From NCBI GenBank assembly GCA_035361075.1, contig DAOSBX010000003.1, positions 20,359 through 84,358 on the forward strand: a stretch of DNA of 64,000 bases, read 5' to 3'. This document shows, piece by piece, positions 17,492 through 27,610 of the stretch; position 1 is the first letter of the stretch; each line of letters starts with the position of its first letter. The stretch comes from Candidatus Hydrogenedens sp. Its GTDB lineage: Bacteria; Hydrogenedentota; Hydrogenedentia; Hydrogenedentales; Hydrogenedentaceae. The notes beneath the pieces were generated by a model. It had not been told where the DNA came from, searched no databases, and saw only the letters and a list, made by a program, of their open reading frames with translations. Made by a program: the position numbers and the translations under genes.

Positions 17492-19339
17492 ATGATGATT
17501 GATAATTCAAATGTCCTTTTGCAGAGAAGAGCAGACTTATTAATTGATTGTTATGATAAACCTGTTGTTGTGATAGATAGTGAAGGCTATATAATTAATG
17601 TTAATACATCATTTGTAAAAATAATTCAAGGGTATGATGAGGATTTCAAAAAGAAGTCTATTTTCCTTTATTGTGATGAAAAAGCAAGTAAAGAAATTAA
17701 AAGAATTATAAGACATAGAAGTCTTGTTGGACCTTTTGTATTTAAAGGAGCACTAAAAATCAATTCTGAAGTGGATATCCAAGTTTCTTTTACTGCAAGA
17801 TTTGTTTTTGATGAAGAACAGCAAACCCGCGAAATATTATTGTTTATAGAACCTGAAATTCCGATTCGTTTTTCATTTTCTGAAATCATAAAATATTTTG
17901 GTGAAATATTCTTACCTAAAGTTCCTACTGCATCCCAGATTATTGATACCCAGAAAAAAGTTCTTTATTCAGTAAATTGGGATGAATTACCAGAGAAATT
18001 AAGAGAAATAAATAAAAATGAGCGAATTTGCTGTTATTTGCTAAAAAAAAGTGGAACTATTAGGGAGTGTGTTTGTGAAAAAGCATTAAGAACGGGTGAC
18101 ACTCTTGTTGAAGAGGTTTGTATAGAAACAGATGAAGGTCCTTACTGGTTAGCTATTGTTGTTCTTCCGTTAGTAGATGAGAATAATAGCGTTAAGTCTG
18201 TAATAGTAATGTTGGATAACATCACAGAAGAACGACGGATGGCAAAAAATATGGAAAAATATTTAATTATGTCTCAACAGAATTTAGTAGGTCCTCAATT
18301 TTCAATAGCATTAGCACGACATTTGAGGAATCCTCTGACTGTAATGGTAGGTGCTATTGAAATACTTGAAGGGGATGTTAAAGACACATTCTTAAAAGGT
18401 GTCATTGAAAAATTAAAGAAAAATTGCGAAATATGTAAATCAATTGTCAATCAGATTTTTAACTTTAATAATGTTTCATACGATGGAATAGTAAAAACAG
18501 AAATAAATGCGTTAGTCCGTTCTATGGTTTTGCCTATCTATGCAACAAACTCTTCAAAGAATGTGGTGTTCCGTTTTTCAAGGTCTTCTCTTTATGTAAA
18601 CTGTATTCCTCAGCAAATTGCCCAAGCATTTATATCCATTATTAATAATGCGATTAAGTATGCAGAGAATGAAGTAATGGTTGAAGTAAATCCGAATGAC
18701 TTAGAGGTTACCATCTCGATAATGGATGATGGACCTGGAATTCCAGAAAATATAAAAAATAAAATTTTTGAACCTTTTTTTACTACAGATGATAATTCAA
18801 AAACATTAGGATTGGGTCTAACCCTTGCACGAACTGCTATTGAATTTATTGGTGGGAGGATTGAAATAAAAGACAGCCATTTAGGAGGAGCCAATTTTGT
18901 TATTCATTTACCTCTTGTAGATGAAGATGTCGTAGACGAAGTAAAAATGCCCCCTACCGAGGAGAAAAAAACACGAAAATTGTTATTAATTGAAGATGAG
19001 AAAGATTTACAGCACCTTGTCTCTTTGTGTTTACAAAAAGAAGATATTAAAATCACGAACGCTTATACATCTGATGAAGCAATAGAATACATGGATAATG
19101 AAAGGTATGATGTAATAATTATCGATGTCCAATTGCCAGGGTCTTTGAATGGATACCAATTATATGAACAAGTATGTGGAATTGGCAAATATAATGAAGA
19201 GCAGATAATAGTCATTACTGCCGATATCTTAAATTTAGGTACACAAGAATTCCTGAAAAAGATAAAAAGTCCCTATCTGGAGAAGCCCTTCCAGTTTGAA
19301 GATTTAAAGAATTTGGTCCATCAAATTCTTAATCGTTAA
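17492..19339 (+). CDS. Cytoplasmic hybrid sensor histidine kinase (PAS-like sensor regions, HisKA, HATPase_c, receiver)
   Basis: No TM segments. H-box LARHLRNPLT, N/G boxes (IINNAIKYA, DDGPGIP, GLGLTLA), and a receiver LLLIEDEKDL...VIIIDVQLPG. AGGAG lies 5 nt before the ATG. Confidence 0.8.
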   Translation: MMIDNSNVLLQRRADLLIDCYDKPVVVIDSEGYIINVNTSFVKIIQGYDEDFKKKSIFLYCDEKASKEIKRIIRHRSLVGPFVFKGALKINSEVDIQVSFTARFVFDEEQQTREILLFIEPEIPIRFSFSEIIKYFGEIFLPKVPTASQIIDTQKKVLYSVNWDELPEKLREINKNERICCYLLKKSGTIRECVCEKALRTGDTLVEEVCIETDEGPYWLAIVVLPLVDENNSVKSVIVMLDNITEERRMAKNMEKYLIMSQQNLVGPQFSIALARHLRNPLTVMVGAIEILEGDVKDTFLKGVIEKLKKNCEICKSIVNQIFNFNNVSYDGIVKTEINALVRSMVLPIYATNSSKNVVFRFSRSSLYVNCIPQQIAQAFISIINNAIKYAENEVMVEVNPNDLEVTISIMDDGPGIPENIKNKIFEPFFTTDDNSKTLGLGLTLARTAIEFIGGRIEIKDSHLGGANFVIHLPLVDEDVVDEVKMPPTEEKKTRKLLLIEDEKDLQHLVSLCLQKEDIKITNAYTSDEAIEYMDNERYDVIIIDVQLPGSLNGYQLYEQVCGIGKYNEEQIIVITADILNLGTQEFLKKIKSPYLEKPFQFEDLKNLVHQILNR

Positions 19340-19424
19340 TTCGCAAAACAACTACTAATTGTATTATTATTTTTTTATCTTCTATTAGTTGTATGAAATA
19401 TTTAATTTTAACATTAGAGAATGG

Positions 19425-22262
19425 ATGAGGATGAATAAAGTTAAGATTAGTAATTTGTTAGATTTATTGTGTAGATTGATAATAGTTATAGTATTTTCCA
19501 TTTCTATTATTATAGGTTGTGCCAAGGAACACCGATTAAGACCAATTCAATTTAAACCTCACCCACCTTCTGAAATTCCAGAGAAAGAGTTACCCCCCAT
19601 ACCTACCGCTTCACCTGTACAGTCATTGAGGGTAGCGGGAGCATATTTCAATGAGGCAAAAGAAGCCTTAAAAAAGGGGGATAAGAAAACGGCACAGGAG
19701 AAATATGTAACTGTTCGTAGAACTCTTATTAATGCTGGTATTGTCCCTGGAATCTTTCAAGAATTAAATAACTTTTGGGAAGTAGAAATGCTACCTGCCA
19801 CAGAGCGTAGCATAAGCTTTGAATCTATGAACACTTATAAGATTATAGATGGACTTAAGGCAACACCTCCTTATAAATCTATAGAGATTCCATTTCCAGT
19901 GCCTGAACGTGTCTTATATGAGATAGAAGACGCTCAAACTCGATATCCCGACCGCTTCCAGGAGGGGTTGGATAGGAGTGGTTATTACGTGCCACATTTG
20001 AAGAATGCCCTTAAACAAGCAGGATTGCCACAAGAATTATGTTGGGTTGCTATGGTTGAGAGTATGTATAAATTAAAAGCATATTCCTCTGCAGGTGCTG
20101 CTGGGATGTGGCAATTTATTCGTTCTACGGGTAGCCATTATAATTTGAGAATAGATTCTTATGTGGATGAGAGATATAATTGGCGAATTGCTACTTCTGC
20201 TGCTATAAATTATATGAAAAACCTTCACGACTTTTTTAATGGCAGTTGGGAACTTGCAATTAGTGCTTATAATATGGGTGAAGGAGGGTTACTACGTGCT
20301 ATAGAAGCTAATGGTGGAGATAGAAATTTCTGGACATTAACAGAAACCCCTCCAGCTTGTTATCGGATAAAGGAAGAAACAAAAAAATACTATCCAAGAT
20401 TTCTTGCTTATATTCTTATTTGTAATGATCCGACACCGTATGGCTTTACACCGTCTTCATATTCACCAATACAATGGGATGAAATAGAAATTAAAGGAAT
20501 GTATGCATTAGACACATTAGATAGTGTTATGAATTATAAACCAGGGACCCTTTCAACATGGAATCCACATTTAATTCGGGGAGTTACACCGCCTCAAGGG
20601 TGTAAACTTATGTTGCCTGCAGGGGATGGGGTCAAATTAGCAAAGGTTTTGGATGACCCATCATTAAAACGGACAGAATTTATAGCGTATACAGTAAAGA
20701 AAGGAGAAAGTGCTTATCAGATTGCACGTAAACATGGGATTAGTGTTGATGAGCTTTTAAAGGTAAATGGCTTCTCCTCTGTAAAATCAATAAAAACTGG
20801 GGTAACATTACAGGTTCCAATGTCTAATTATAAAGTGGTTAATTTTGCGAAACATCATGAGGAAAGTGAAAATATAAAAAAGAAAGACTTAGATTATCAT
20901 ACCGTTAAACAAGGTGAAACTTTGTATCACATAGCCAAAAAATATGACATTCCGCTTAATGATTTGGCTGTTTGGAATAACATTACTGGAGATAGACGGC
21001 TTAAAGTAGACGAAAAAATTAGATTAAAACCACAGACCGAACAGGGTGTTTCTTTTGCGTCAAATTCTACTACAAACAATACGAGTAAAGATAAAGAATC
21101 ATCCACTCAGCAAATGATTAAGAAAAATGTTTACTATACAGTAAAAAATGGGGATACAATTAGCTCTATTGCAAAGCAATATTCGGTTAAACCTGAAAAG
21201 ATAATGGAATTAAATAACTTAAGCAACAGGTCAATTCTAAAAATAGGACAAAAGTTAATCGTTAAGCAAGAAACAGCCCAAATGGAAACTAAGAAACCAC
21301 AATCTGAATATGCAAAAGTGCAAGAATCCAATATGGAGGTAAAAACAACAAAATTGGAAAATAAAGTGTATACAGTTAAACAAGGTGATACTTTGTCGAA
21401 AATTGCGAAAGAAAATAATGTTTCACTGCAATCTCTTTTAGAATGGAATAACTTGGATACTAAATCTCAGTTAAAAATTGGTCAGAAAATATTATTATCA
21501 AAAAACACAGAAATGAATAATAAGACCGACACAGTGAAAGTTGTTAATGAGGATAAAGTTGATGGAACGTCTAAGGGAAAATTGGACGAGAATAAAACAA
21601 ATAAAAGTGTTATGGGAACGATAGAACATACCATTCAATCTGGTGAGTCCTTATGGTCAATCGCTAAAAAGTATAATATACCCTCAGAAAAAATATTAGA
21701 ATGCAATCCGCAAGTAAATCCGAAATCCCTCAAAATAGGAATGAAATTATCTATTCCTGCTTCATCGTTATCCACTCCGTATGAACCAAATGTTTCTAAT
21801 TCGAGTAAGGTGGAAAAAAAAGAAAAAGAACCTAATACAAGTCATAATGAAGTTGAGCAAATGCAGGTAGCCAAATCTGAAATTTATAAAGTACAACCTG
21901 GCGATAGTCTGTGGAGTATCGCACAAAAAAATAATGTTTCTGTTTCTGACATAATGACATGGAATAATTTAGAGCCAACATCAAAATTAAAAATAGGCCA
22001 GGAATTAAAAATAAAATCAACCAAATCTTCACAGAATATCTTGAATACTGCTTCTGTGAAGCCAAAAAGACAAAGAGTAGAAAGTGAGAGGACAGAAACA
22101 GCTAACGAACCAAAATCAAATATATATATTGTGGGAAAAGGTGATTCTCTATATACAATATCGAAAAAAACAGGTGTCCCTGTAAAAAAGTTAATGGAAA
22201 TTAACAAAATCGATGAAAAAAAGGTTTTACAGATTGGAGAAAAAATTCTTATAAGTAATTGA
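19425..22262 (+). CDS. Membrane-bound lytic murein transglycosylase (MltD-like SLT domain) lipoprotein with seven LysM domains
   Basis: The ORF is open from TTG 19389, with ATGs at 19425 and 19431. It has lipobox IIIGC and an SLT catalytic region (LCWVAMVESMYKLKAYSSAGAAGMWQF...AYNMGEG), followed by 7 LysM modules. Confidence 0.8.
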   Translation: MRMNKVKISNLLDLLCRLIIVIVFSISIIIGCAKEHRLRPIQFKPHPPSEIPEKELPPIPTASPVQSLRVAGAYFNEAKEALKKGDKKTAQEKYVTVRRTLINAGIVPGIFQELNNFWEVEMLPATERSISFESMNTYKIIDGLKATPPYKSIEIPFPVPERVLYEIEDAQTRYPDRFQEGLDRSGYYVPHLKNALKQAGLPQELCWVAMVESMYKLKAYSSAGAAGMWQFIRSTGSHYNLRIDSYVDERYNWRIATSAAINYMKNLHDFFNGSWELAISAYNMGEGGLLRAIEANGGDRNFWTLTETPPACYRIKEETKKYYPRFLAYILICNDPTPYGFTPSSYSPIQWDEIEIKGMYALDTLDSVMNYKPGTLSTWNPHLIRGVTPPQGCKLMLPAGDGVKLAKVLDDPSLKRTEFIAYTVKKGESAYQIARKHGISVDELLKVNGFSSVKSIKTGVTLQVPMSNYKVVNFAKHHEESENIKKKDLDYHTVKQGETLYHIAKKYDIPLNDLAVWNNITGDRRLKVDEKIRLKPQTEQGVSFASNSTTNNTSKDKESSTQQMIKKNVYYTVKNGDTISSIAKQYSVKPEKIMELNNLSNRSILKIGQKLIVKQETAQMETKKPQSEYAKVQESNMEVKTTKLENKVYTVKQGDTLSKIAKENNVSLQSLLEWNNLDTKSQLKIGQKILLSKNTEMNNKTDTVKVVNEDKVDGTSKGKLDENKTNKSVMGTIEHTIQSGESLWSIAKKYNIPSEKILECNPQVNPKSLKIGMKLSIPASSLSTPYEPNVSNSSKVEKKEKEPNTSHNEVEQMQVAKSEIYKVQPGDSLWSIAQKNNVSVSDIMTWNNLEPTSKLKIGQELKIKSTKSSQNILNTASVKPKRQRVESERTETANEPKSNIYIVGKGDSLYTISKKTGVPVKKLMEINKIDEKKVLQIGEKILISN
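20688..22259 (+). repeat. Seven tandem LysM coding modules separated by Lys/Asn/Ser/Thr-rich linkers
   Basis: The pattern Y/H-T/K-V-K/Q-x-G-D/E-(S/T)-L/A-x-x-I-A-x-K...N-x-L recurs 7 times (YTVKKGESAYQIARK, HTVKQGETLYHIAKK, YTVKNGDTISSIAKQ, YTVKQGDTLSKIAKE, HTIQSGESLWSIAKK, YKVQPGDSLWSIAQK, YIVGKGDSLYTISKK). Confidence 0.8.
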
Positions 22263-22362
22263 CATCATACCTTAATTTTTATAATAGTGTTTTATTAAAA
22301 GTTATTTTCTTTAATTCCTTGAATAGTTTATAATTATATTGTGGTAAATAAGGAGTGAAATC

Positions 22363-22929
22363 ATGAAAAGAATTTTAATTCTGCTTCATATAGTTATAAT
22401 AGTTTTATTCCCTTTGTTTACATATACTGATGAACCAAAACCTATCGGAGATGTAGATATGTCAAATGCAAAATTAACAATAACAAGTTCTGCATTTAAG
22501 ATGGGCTCTCCTATCCCTAAAAAGTATACAGGAGATGGTCCTGATTTGTCCCCCCCATTAAATTGGGAAGGAGTTCCAGAAGGAACTAAATCGCTTGCTT
22601 TAATTTCTGATGACCCTGACGCACCAGTAGGAACGTGGGTACATTGGGTTATCTTCAATATTCCACCAACGGAAAAAGGATTACCCGAAGGTGTCCCGAA
22701 ACAAAATACACTTTCTAATGGAGCAAAACAGGGAACCAACGACTTCCGTAAAATAGGATACAATGGACCTGCACCTCCGCCAGGAAAACCACACCGATAT
22801 TATTTTAAGTTATATGCATTAAATGTAGTTTTAGACTTACCTGCTGGTTCCAAAAAGGCAGACCTGTTAAAGGCGATGGAAGGGCATATACTTGCCAGTT
22901 CAGAATATATGGGTACTTACCAGCGATAA
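22363..22929 (+). CDS. Secreted YbhB/YbcL-family PEBP (Raf kinase inhibitor-like) protein
   Basis: Signal peptide, plus the motifs DDPDAPVGTWVHWVIFNIP and GYNGPAPPPGKPHRYYFKLYAL. AAGGAG lies upstream of the ATG. Confidence 0.85.
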   Translation: MKRILILLHIVIIVLFPLFTYTDEPKPIGDVDMSNAKLTITSSAFKMGSPIPKKYTGDGPDLSPPLNWEGVPEGTKSLALISDDPDAPVGTWVHWVIFNIPPTEKGLPEGVPKQNTLSNGAKQGTNDFRKIGYNGPAPPPGKPHRYYFKLYALNVVLDLPAGSKKADLLKAMEGHILASSEYMGTYQR

Positions 22930-23017
22930 TTTTTAGTTGTATAATACCTATTTTAAAAATTTATCAAAAGATAATAGGTGGTATTTTTATACTTCATAGA
23001 CATAGAAAGGATAAATA

Positions 23018-26000
23018 ATGTTACCATTGGAAGTAGAACATAAGTTGGAGCATAGGTTAGAGGCTATAAGTAAATGGCGTTTTGGTAAGATATGTGACGT
23101 GCCTTTAGAGATGTCTCCAACAATGGAGCATTTTAGACAGCCTCCAGACCATCTTAAATATGAATCAGCCCCGATTGGTTCAAAATGGGGGAAACACTGG
23201 GAAACGGTTTGGTTCCGCGGAAAAATAGAAATACCAAAACAATTCAAAGGGTATCGAATCTTTTACCGTCATGATAGTGTAGCCGAAAAATTACTATTTG
23301 TAAATGGTAAGCCGTATGCTGGTATGGATATAAAGCACAGAGAGGTGTTATTAAATAATTATGCTTATGGTGGCGAAGAGTATAGTATATATATTGAAGC
23401 ATATTGTGGGCATCCTTTTCCTGGGGTTGAAGGATACGACCTAAGAGTGAGAACATTACATTCTGTAGGCGAGGCTCCAGAAGAGGAGCCACCTTTGACA
23501 TTAGAATCCAGTGAATTACTTTTTGAAAGACCGTTTATCACCCAGCTTTATTTTGACTGCTTAGTCCTGTTTCATATAGCAAAAATACTTGATAATAATT
23601 CATTACGACGTGCCAGAATCTTAAAAGAACTAAACAAAGCACTTGACCTTATTCCAATGCATTGGGATTCAGAAGAAGAATTAGAACATTCTGCAAAATC
23701 AGCTCAAAAAATAGTTGCATCATTAATGAAGTGCCAAAATGGTTCTACAACGCCTTTTGTCGGGGTTGTTGGGCATGCTCATATCGATATTGGTTGGCTT
23801 TGGCCTGTTCGCGAGACCATACGAAAATCAGCCAGAACTTTTTCAAGTATGCTGTTGTTATTAGATACATACCCCGAATTCCGATTTATTCAATCTCAGC
23901 CTGTATTGTATAAAATGATAGAAGAGCATTATCCAGAGTTGCTTACAAAGATAAGTAAAAAAGTCAAAGAAGGTCGTTGGGAACCTAATGGGGGTATGTG
24001 GGTCGAGGCAGATTGTAATATCTCTGGAGGTGAATCTCTTGTTCGCCAGTTTATTGAAGGGATTAAGGCAGTAAAAAAATATTTTGGTTATACCCCTGAT
24101 ACGCTCTGGTTGCCTGATGTGTTTGGTTATTCTGCTGCATTACCACAAATTTTAGAAAAATGTAATATCAAGCACTTTGTTACCAGTAAGATTAATTGGA
24201 ATGACACAAATCGTTTCCCATACGATACATTCTGGTGGCAAGGAATTGACGGGACACGAATCTTTACTCATTTTCTAACAACTCGCACCAATGGGTATAA
24301 CGCTTTTCCTACGCCGACTGTTATAAAAGAAACATGGGATTATGTCCAGCAGAAAGACATACAAGATTCTGTTTTATGTTCTATAGGTTATGGAGATGGC
24401 GGTGGTGGTACAACCCCTGAAATGATTGAAATTGCTATGCGACTTAAAGATGTCGAAGGCTGTCCAAAAGTTAGTTTTGTGAATGTGTCAGAGTTTTTAT
24501 CAAATCTTAAAGAAAAGATAAAAGATGAACTTCCCTGTTGGGTAGGTGAATTATATCTTGAATTACATCGAGGAACCTATACAACTCAGGCAAAAACAAA
24601 AAAATTTATGAGGAAGCTGGAACTTCTTCTTCGTGAGGTAGAGATTTGGAGTTCACTTGCATTTATATATGGAAGTAAATATCCGTCTCAAATATTAGAA
24701 CAATTATGGCGAAAACTCTTGACAAATCAGTTTCACGACATTCTACCAGGAAGTTCTATTCATGAAGTATATGAGACTGCTGAAAAGGAATTTGCCGAAA
24801 TTGAAAAAGAGCTGAATACAATTAAAGATGAGACGTTTCGATTTTTAGGGAAGAATGTATATTCGGATCCTGAAAAACAAGGATATATTGTTGCAAACTC
24901 ATTAGCATGGACAAGAAATGATTTGATATTTATTCCAGAACATGAATTTAACGAGGCTGTAGATGTTAAAGGAAATCATTTAGAAACTCAACAGGTAAAA
25001 GATGGTTTGTATGTCTCTATGCTTTTACCTCCGATGAGTATTGTGCCAATTGCTTTAAGAAAAACAGAGCGTATAAAGCCAAGTCCCTTTGTAAACTTAA
25101 ATAGCACATTGGAAACGCCATTTTATCGAGTTAAATTTGATAAGGCAGGAAGAATCATAAGTTTATGGGATAAAGAATGTCAACGTGAGGTTGTAAAACC
25201 AGGATTTTGTTTGAATTATTTATTTACTGCTGAGGATATTCCCGTATGCTGGGATGCATGGGATATTAATGCAGATTATCGAGACAAAATTTTTAGTGAG
25301 GAGCGATTAATATCATCTGAAATTATTGAAGATGGCTCTCTTGTTCATTCTATTCGCCGACAATATAAAATTGGGCGAAACTCAAAACTAATTCAGAACG
25401 TTATTTTTTATGCTAAGAGCCGAAGAATTGACTTTAAAACTGAGGTAGATTGGCACGAACGGCATACCATATTAAAGGCAGGTTTTTATTTCAATATATT
25501 AGCAGAGGAATTTAAGAATGAAATCCAGTTTGGATATGTTCAACGTCCATTGCACCAGAATACATCATGGGACAGAGCAAAACTGGAAGTATGTGCACAT
25601 AAATGGGTTGATATTTCTGAAACAAATTATGGTGTAGCCCTATTAAATGATTGTAAATATGGACATGATGCCTACGAAGGTCGCATCTCAATAACCTTAT
25701 TACGTTCCCCTATGGCTCCAGATATGGAAGCAGACCAAGGGTTACATACCTTCACATATTCAATTTTGCCTCATATGGGAGCATTTAACGTGAAAACAGT
25801 TGTAAATTCAGCTTACGAACTAAACATTCCACCTATGATTTATAAACATTCGTATCAGGAAACAGAGGCAAATGAGTCTCTTAATTTGTGTCTAATTGAT
25901 AATCCAAATATTATCTTAGAAACTGTAAAAAAGGCAGAACAAGATGATGCCCTAATACTAAGATTATACGAAGCAGGCAAGTCTCGGGGGGCTACAAGTA

Positions 26001-26149
26001 TTGTATTTCCGTTCCGAATTCGAAAAGCATATATATGTAATTTATTGGAAGAAAATACAAGTTCATTGGAGATAAGTAATGGAAATACTGTTTTGTTAGA
26101 CTTCTTGCCATTTGAAATTAAAACAATAAAAGTATATTATCGTAGTTAA
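23018..26149 (+). CDS. GH38-family alpha-mannosidase (cytoplasmic)
   Basis: 1043 aa with no signal peptide. GH38 signature GHAHIDIGWLWPVRETIRKSARTFSSML, then WLPDVFGYS and QFHDILPGSSI. Confidence 0.9.
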   Translation: MLPLEVEHKLEHRLEAISKWRFGKICDVPLEMSPTMEHFRQPPDHLKYESAPIGSKWGKHWETVWFRGKIEIPKQFKGYRIFYRHDSVAEKLLFVNGKPYAGMDIKHREVLLNNYAYGGEEYSIYIEAYCGHPFPGVEGYDLRVRTLHSVGEAPEEEPPLTLESSELLFERPFITQLYFDCLVLFHIAKILDNNSLRRARILKELNKALDLIPMHWDSEEELEHSAKSAQKIVASLMKCQNGSTTPFVGVVGHAHIDIGWLWPVRETIRKSARTFSSMLLLLDTYPEFRFIQSQPVLYKMIEEHYPELLTKISKKVKEGRWEPNGGMWVEADCNISGGESLVRQFIEGIKAVKKYFGYTPDTLWLPDVFGYSAALPQILEKCNIKHFVTSKINWNDTNRFPYDTFWWQGIDGTRIFTHFLTTRTNGYNAFPTPTVIKETWDYVQQKDIQDSVLCSIGYGDGGGGTTPEMIEIAMRLKDVEGCPKVSFVNVSEFLSNLKEKIKDELPCWVGELYLELHRGTYTTQAKTKKFMRKLELLLREVEIWSSLAFIYGSKYPSQILEQLWRKLLTNQFHDILPGSSIHEVYETAEKEFAEIEKELNTIKDETFRFLGKNVYSDPEKQGYIVANSLAWTRNDLIFIPEHEFNEAVDVKGNHLETQQVKDGLYVSMLLPPMSIVPIALRKTERIKPSPFVNLNSTLETPFYRVKFDKAGRIISLWDKECQREVVKPGFCLNYLFTAEDIPVCWDAWDINADYRDKIFSEERLISSEIIEDGSLVHSIRRQYKIGRNSKLIQNVIFYAKSRRIDFKTEVDWHERHTILKAGFYFNILAEEFKNEIQFGYVQRPLHQNTSWDRAKLEVCAHKWVDISETNYGVALLNDCKYGHDAYEGRISITLLRSPMAPDMEADQGLHTFTYSILPHMGAFNVKTVVNSAYELNIPPMIYKHSYQETEANESLNLCLIDNPNIILETVKKAEQDDALILRLYEAGKSRGATSIVFPFRIRKAYICNLLEENTSSLEISNGNTVLLDFLPFEIKTIKVYYRS

Positions 26150-26165
26150 AGATAGAGAATGTTTT

Positions 26166-26618
26166 ATGGAAAACAAAACAAGTAATTTTGACAAAAAAGT
26201 AATTAATTTTTCTCAAGAATGTTTGCGTTGGGTTATTCGATTTTTAACACTGATTATGGTTTTTGTCATTGCTTATTCAGCAATTGATATCGTCAGTGTG
26301 GTTATGTCAAAAATATGGAATGTCCCAAAATTTTTGCTAACGGTCGATGATTTAGTAGATATTTTCGGTGCATTTTTAGGTGTTTTAATTGCCATTGAGA
26401 TATATGAAAATATAGTTCTTTATCTTCGAGAAGACGCAATACATGTCAAAACAGTTGTCGCAACAGCACTTATTGCAGTAAGCAGAAAAGTTATTATTAT
26501 GGATTTTAATAAGGTTGAACCTTTTAATGTATTAGCACTGGGTGTATTGGTTATTGCAGTTGCGGTTGCATATTGGTTTGTGAAAATAGACCAAGTAGTA
26601 TTCAAAAAAGAGAAATAG
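26166..26618 (+). CDS. PsiE-like small inner-membrane protein
   Basis: 150 aa with 4 predicted TMs and an IAIEIYENI motif resembling the phosphate-starvation-inducible PsiE family. The assignment is tentative. Confidence 0.45.
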   Translation: MENKTSNFDKKVINFSQECLRWVIRFLTLIMVFVIAYSAIDIVSVVMSKIWNVPKFLLTVDDLVDIFGAFLGVLIAIEIYENIVLYLREDAIHVKTVVATALIAVSRKVIIMDFNKVEPFNVLALGVLVIAVAVAYWFVKIDQVVFKKEK

Positions 26619-26629
26619 ATGTTACCTGT

Positions 26630-27607
26630 ATGGAAACAACGGTAATATTAAAAACGGTCAACTTAACTAAAAAATATTCGGGGCTAACCCCCGATAGAAT
26701 ACATGCGGTGAAAGACCTCACATTAGAAATAAAAAAGGGAGAAGTCTTTGGGTTTTTAGGTCGTAATGGAGCAGGGAAAACCACAACAATAAAAATGATA
26801 TGTGGCTTGTTATTACCTACTTCTGGAGAGGTTTATATAAATAATGTTGAGGCAACAAACCCAGAGGCAAGACGCACCTTAGGTTATTTGCCTGAACAAC
26901 CTTATTTTTATGAGTATTTGACACCACGGGAAACAATCGATTTTTATGGCAGATTAAAAGGGATGACATCTAAAGAAAGACATGAGGAATGGTTACGACT
27001 TGAAGAACTTCTGCAGTTAAAAACAATTTCTGATATACGATTAAAGAATTTTTCAAAAGGAATGAGACAAAAGATTGGATTTGCTATTGCTTTAGTTGGA
27101 AACCCTGATTTGTTAATATTAGATGAACCTATGAGCGGACTGGACCCTGTTGGTAGAAAGCATATCCGTGAACTTATACAACAACAAAGGGAGTTTGGTA
27201 AAACTATCTTTTTTAGCTCTCATGTATTGAGTGATGTAGAACAATTATGTGATAGGGTAGGTGTTTTATCCCGAGGAAAACTTGTTGCATCAGGTAATAT
27301 TAGAGATGTATTACAACAAGAAATTAGGAAGGTCGAAGTTGTCTTTAAAAGTGCACCTACACACGTGATAAGTGAATTAGAATATCAAGGGATACTTCTT
27401 AGAAAGTGGGAAGATTATACACATTTTCAATTTGAGAATTTACAAATAGCAAATGACGCTGTTTTTAAGTGTATATCTGCTGGAGGACATTTAGTAGAGT
27501 TATCGCCACAGAAGGAAACACTGGAAGATTTCTTTATTCGTATGCAAATAAAAGAAGAACAACAAGAGAAGAGAAAAGAAATATATTATTCACGGGTCGA
27601 GGAATAA
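26630..27607 (+). CDS. ABC transporter ATP-binding protein
   Basis: The ORF is open from 26573 and overlaps the previous gene. The ATG at 26630 (METTVILKTVNL) is the more plausible start. Walker A GRNGAGKTT, signature FSKGMRQKI, Walker B LLILDEPMSGLDP, H-loop SSHVL. Confidence 0.85.
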   Translation: METTVILKTVNLTKKYSGLTPDRIHAVKDLTLEIKKGEVFGFLGRNGAGKTTTIKMICGLLLPTSGEVYINNVEATNPEARRTLGYLPEQPYFYEYLTPRETIDFYGRLKGMTSKERHEEWLRLEELLQLKTISDIRLKNFSKGMRQKIGFAIALVGNPDLLILDEPMSGLDPVGRKHIRELIQQQREFGKTIFFSSHVLSDVEQLCDRVGVLSRGKLVASGNIRDVLQQEIRKVEVVFKSAPTHVISELEYQGILLRKWEDYTHFQFENLQIANDAVFKCISAGGHLVELSPQKETLEDFFIRMQIKEEQQEKRKEIYYSRVEE

Positions 27608-27610
27608 ACG

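Noticed and set aside
19348-19392. Imperfect inverted repeat ACAACTACTAAT ... ATTAGTTGT after the histidine kinase gene
   Set aside because: The stem is bulged, has low GC and has a long T-rich loop rather than a T-tail. It is not convincing as a terminator or operator.
22386-22763. 125-aa antisense ORF inside the PEBP gene
   Set aside because: The sense-strand product has unmistakable PEBP motifs. The antisense ORF has no motif and is most simply a chance open frame.
22943-22988. Possible terminator hairpin after the PEBP gene (AATACC-TATT ... AATA-ggt-GGTATT followed by TTTT)
   Set aside because: The stem is interrupted by a 3-nt bulge, is AT-rich and encloses a 20-nt loop. It is too weak to call.
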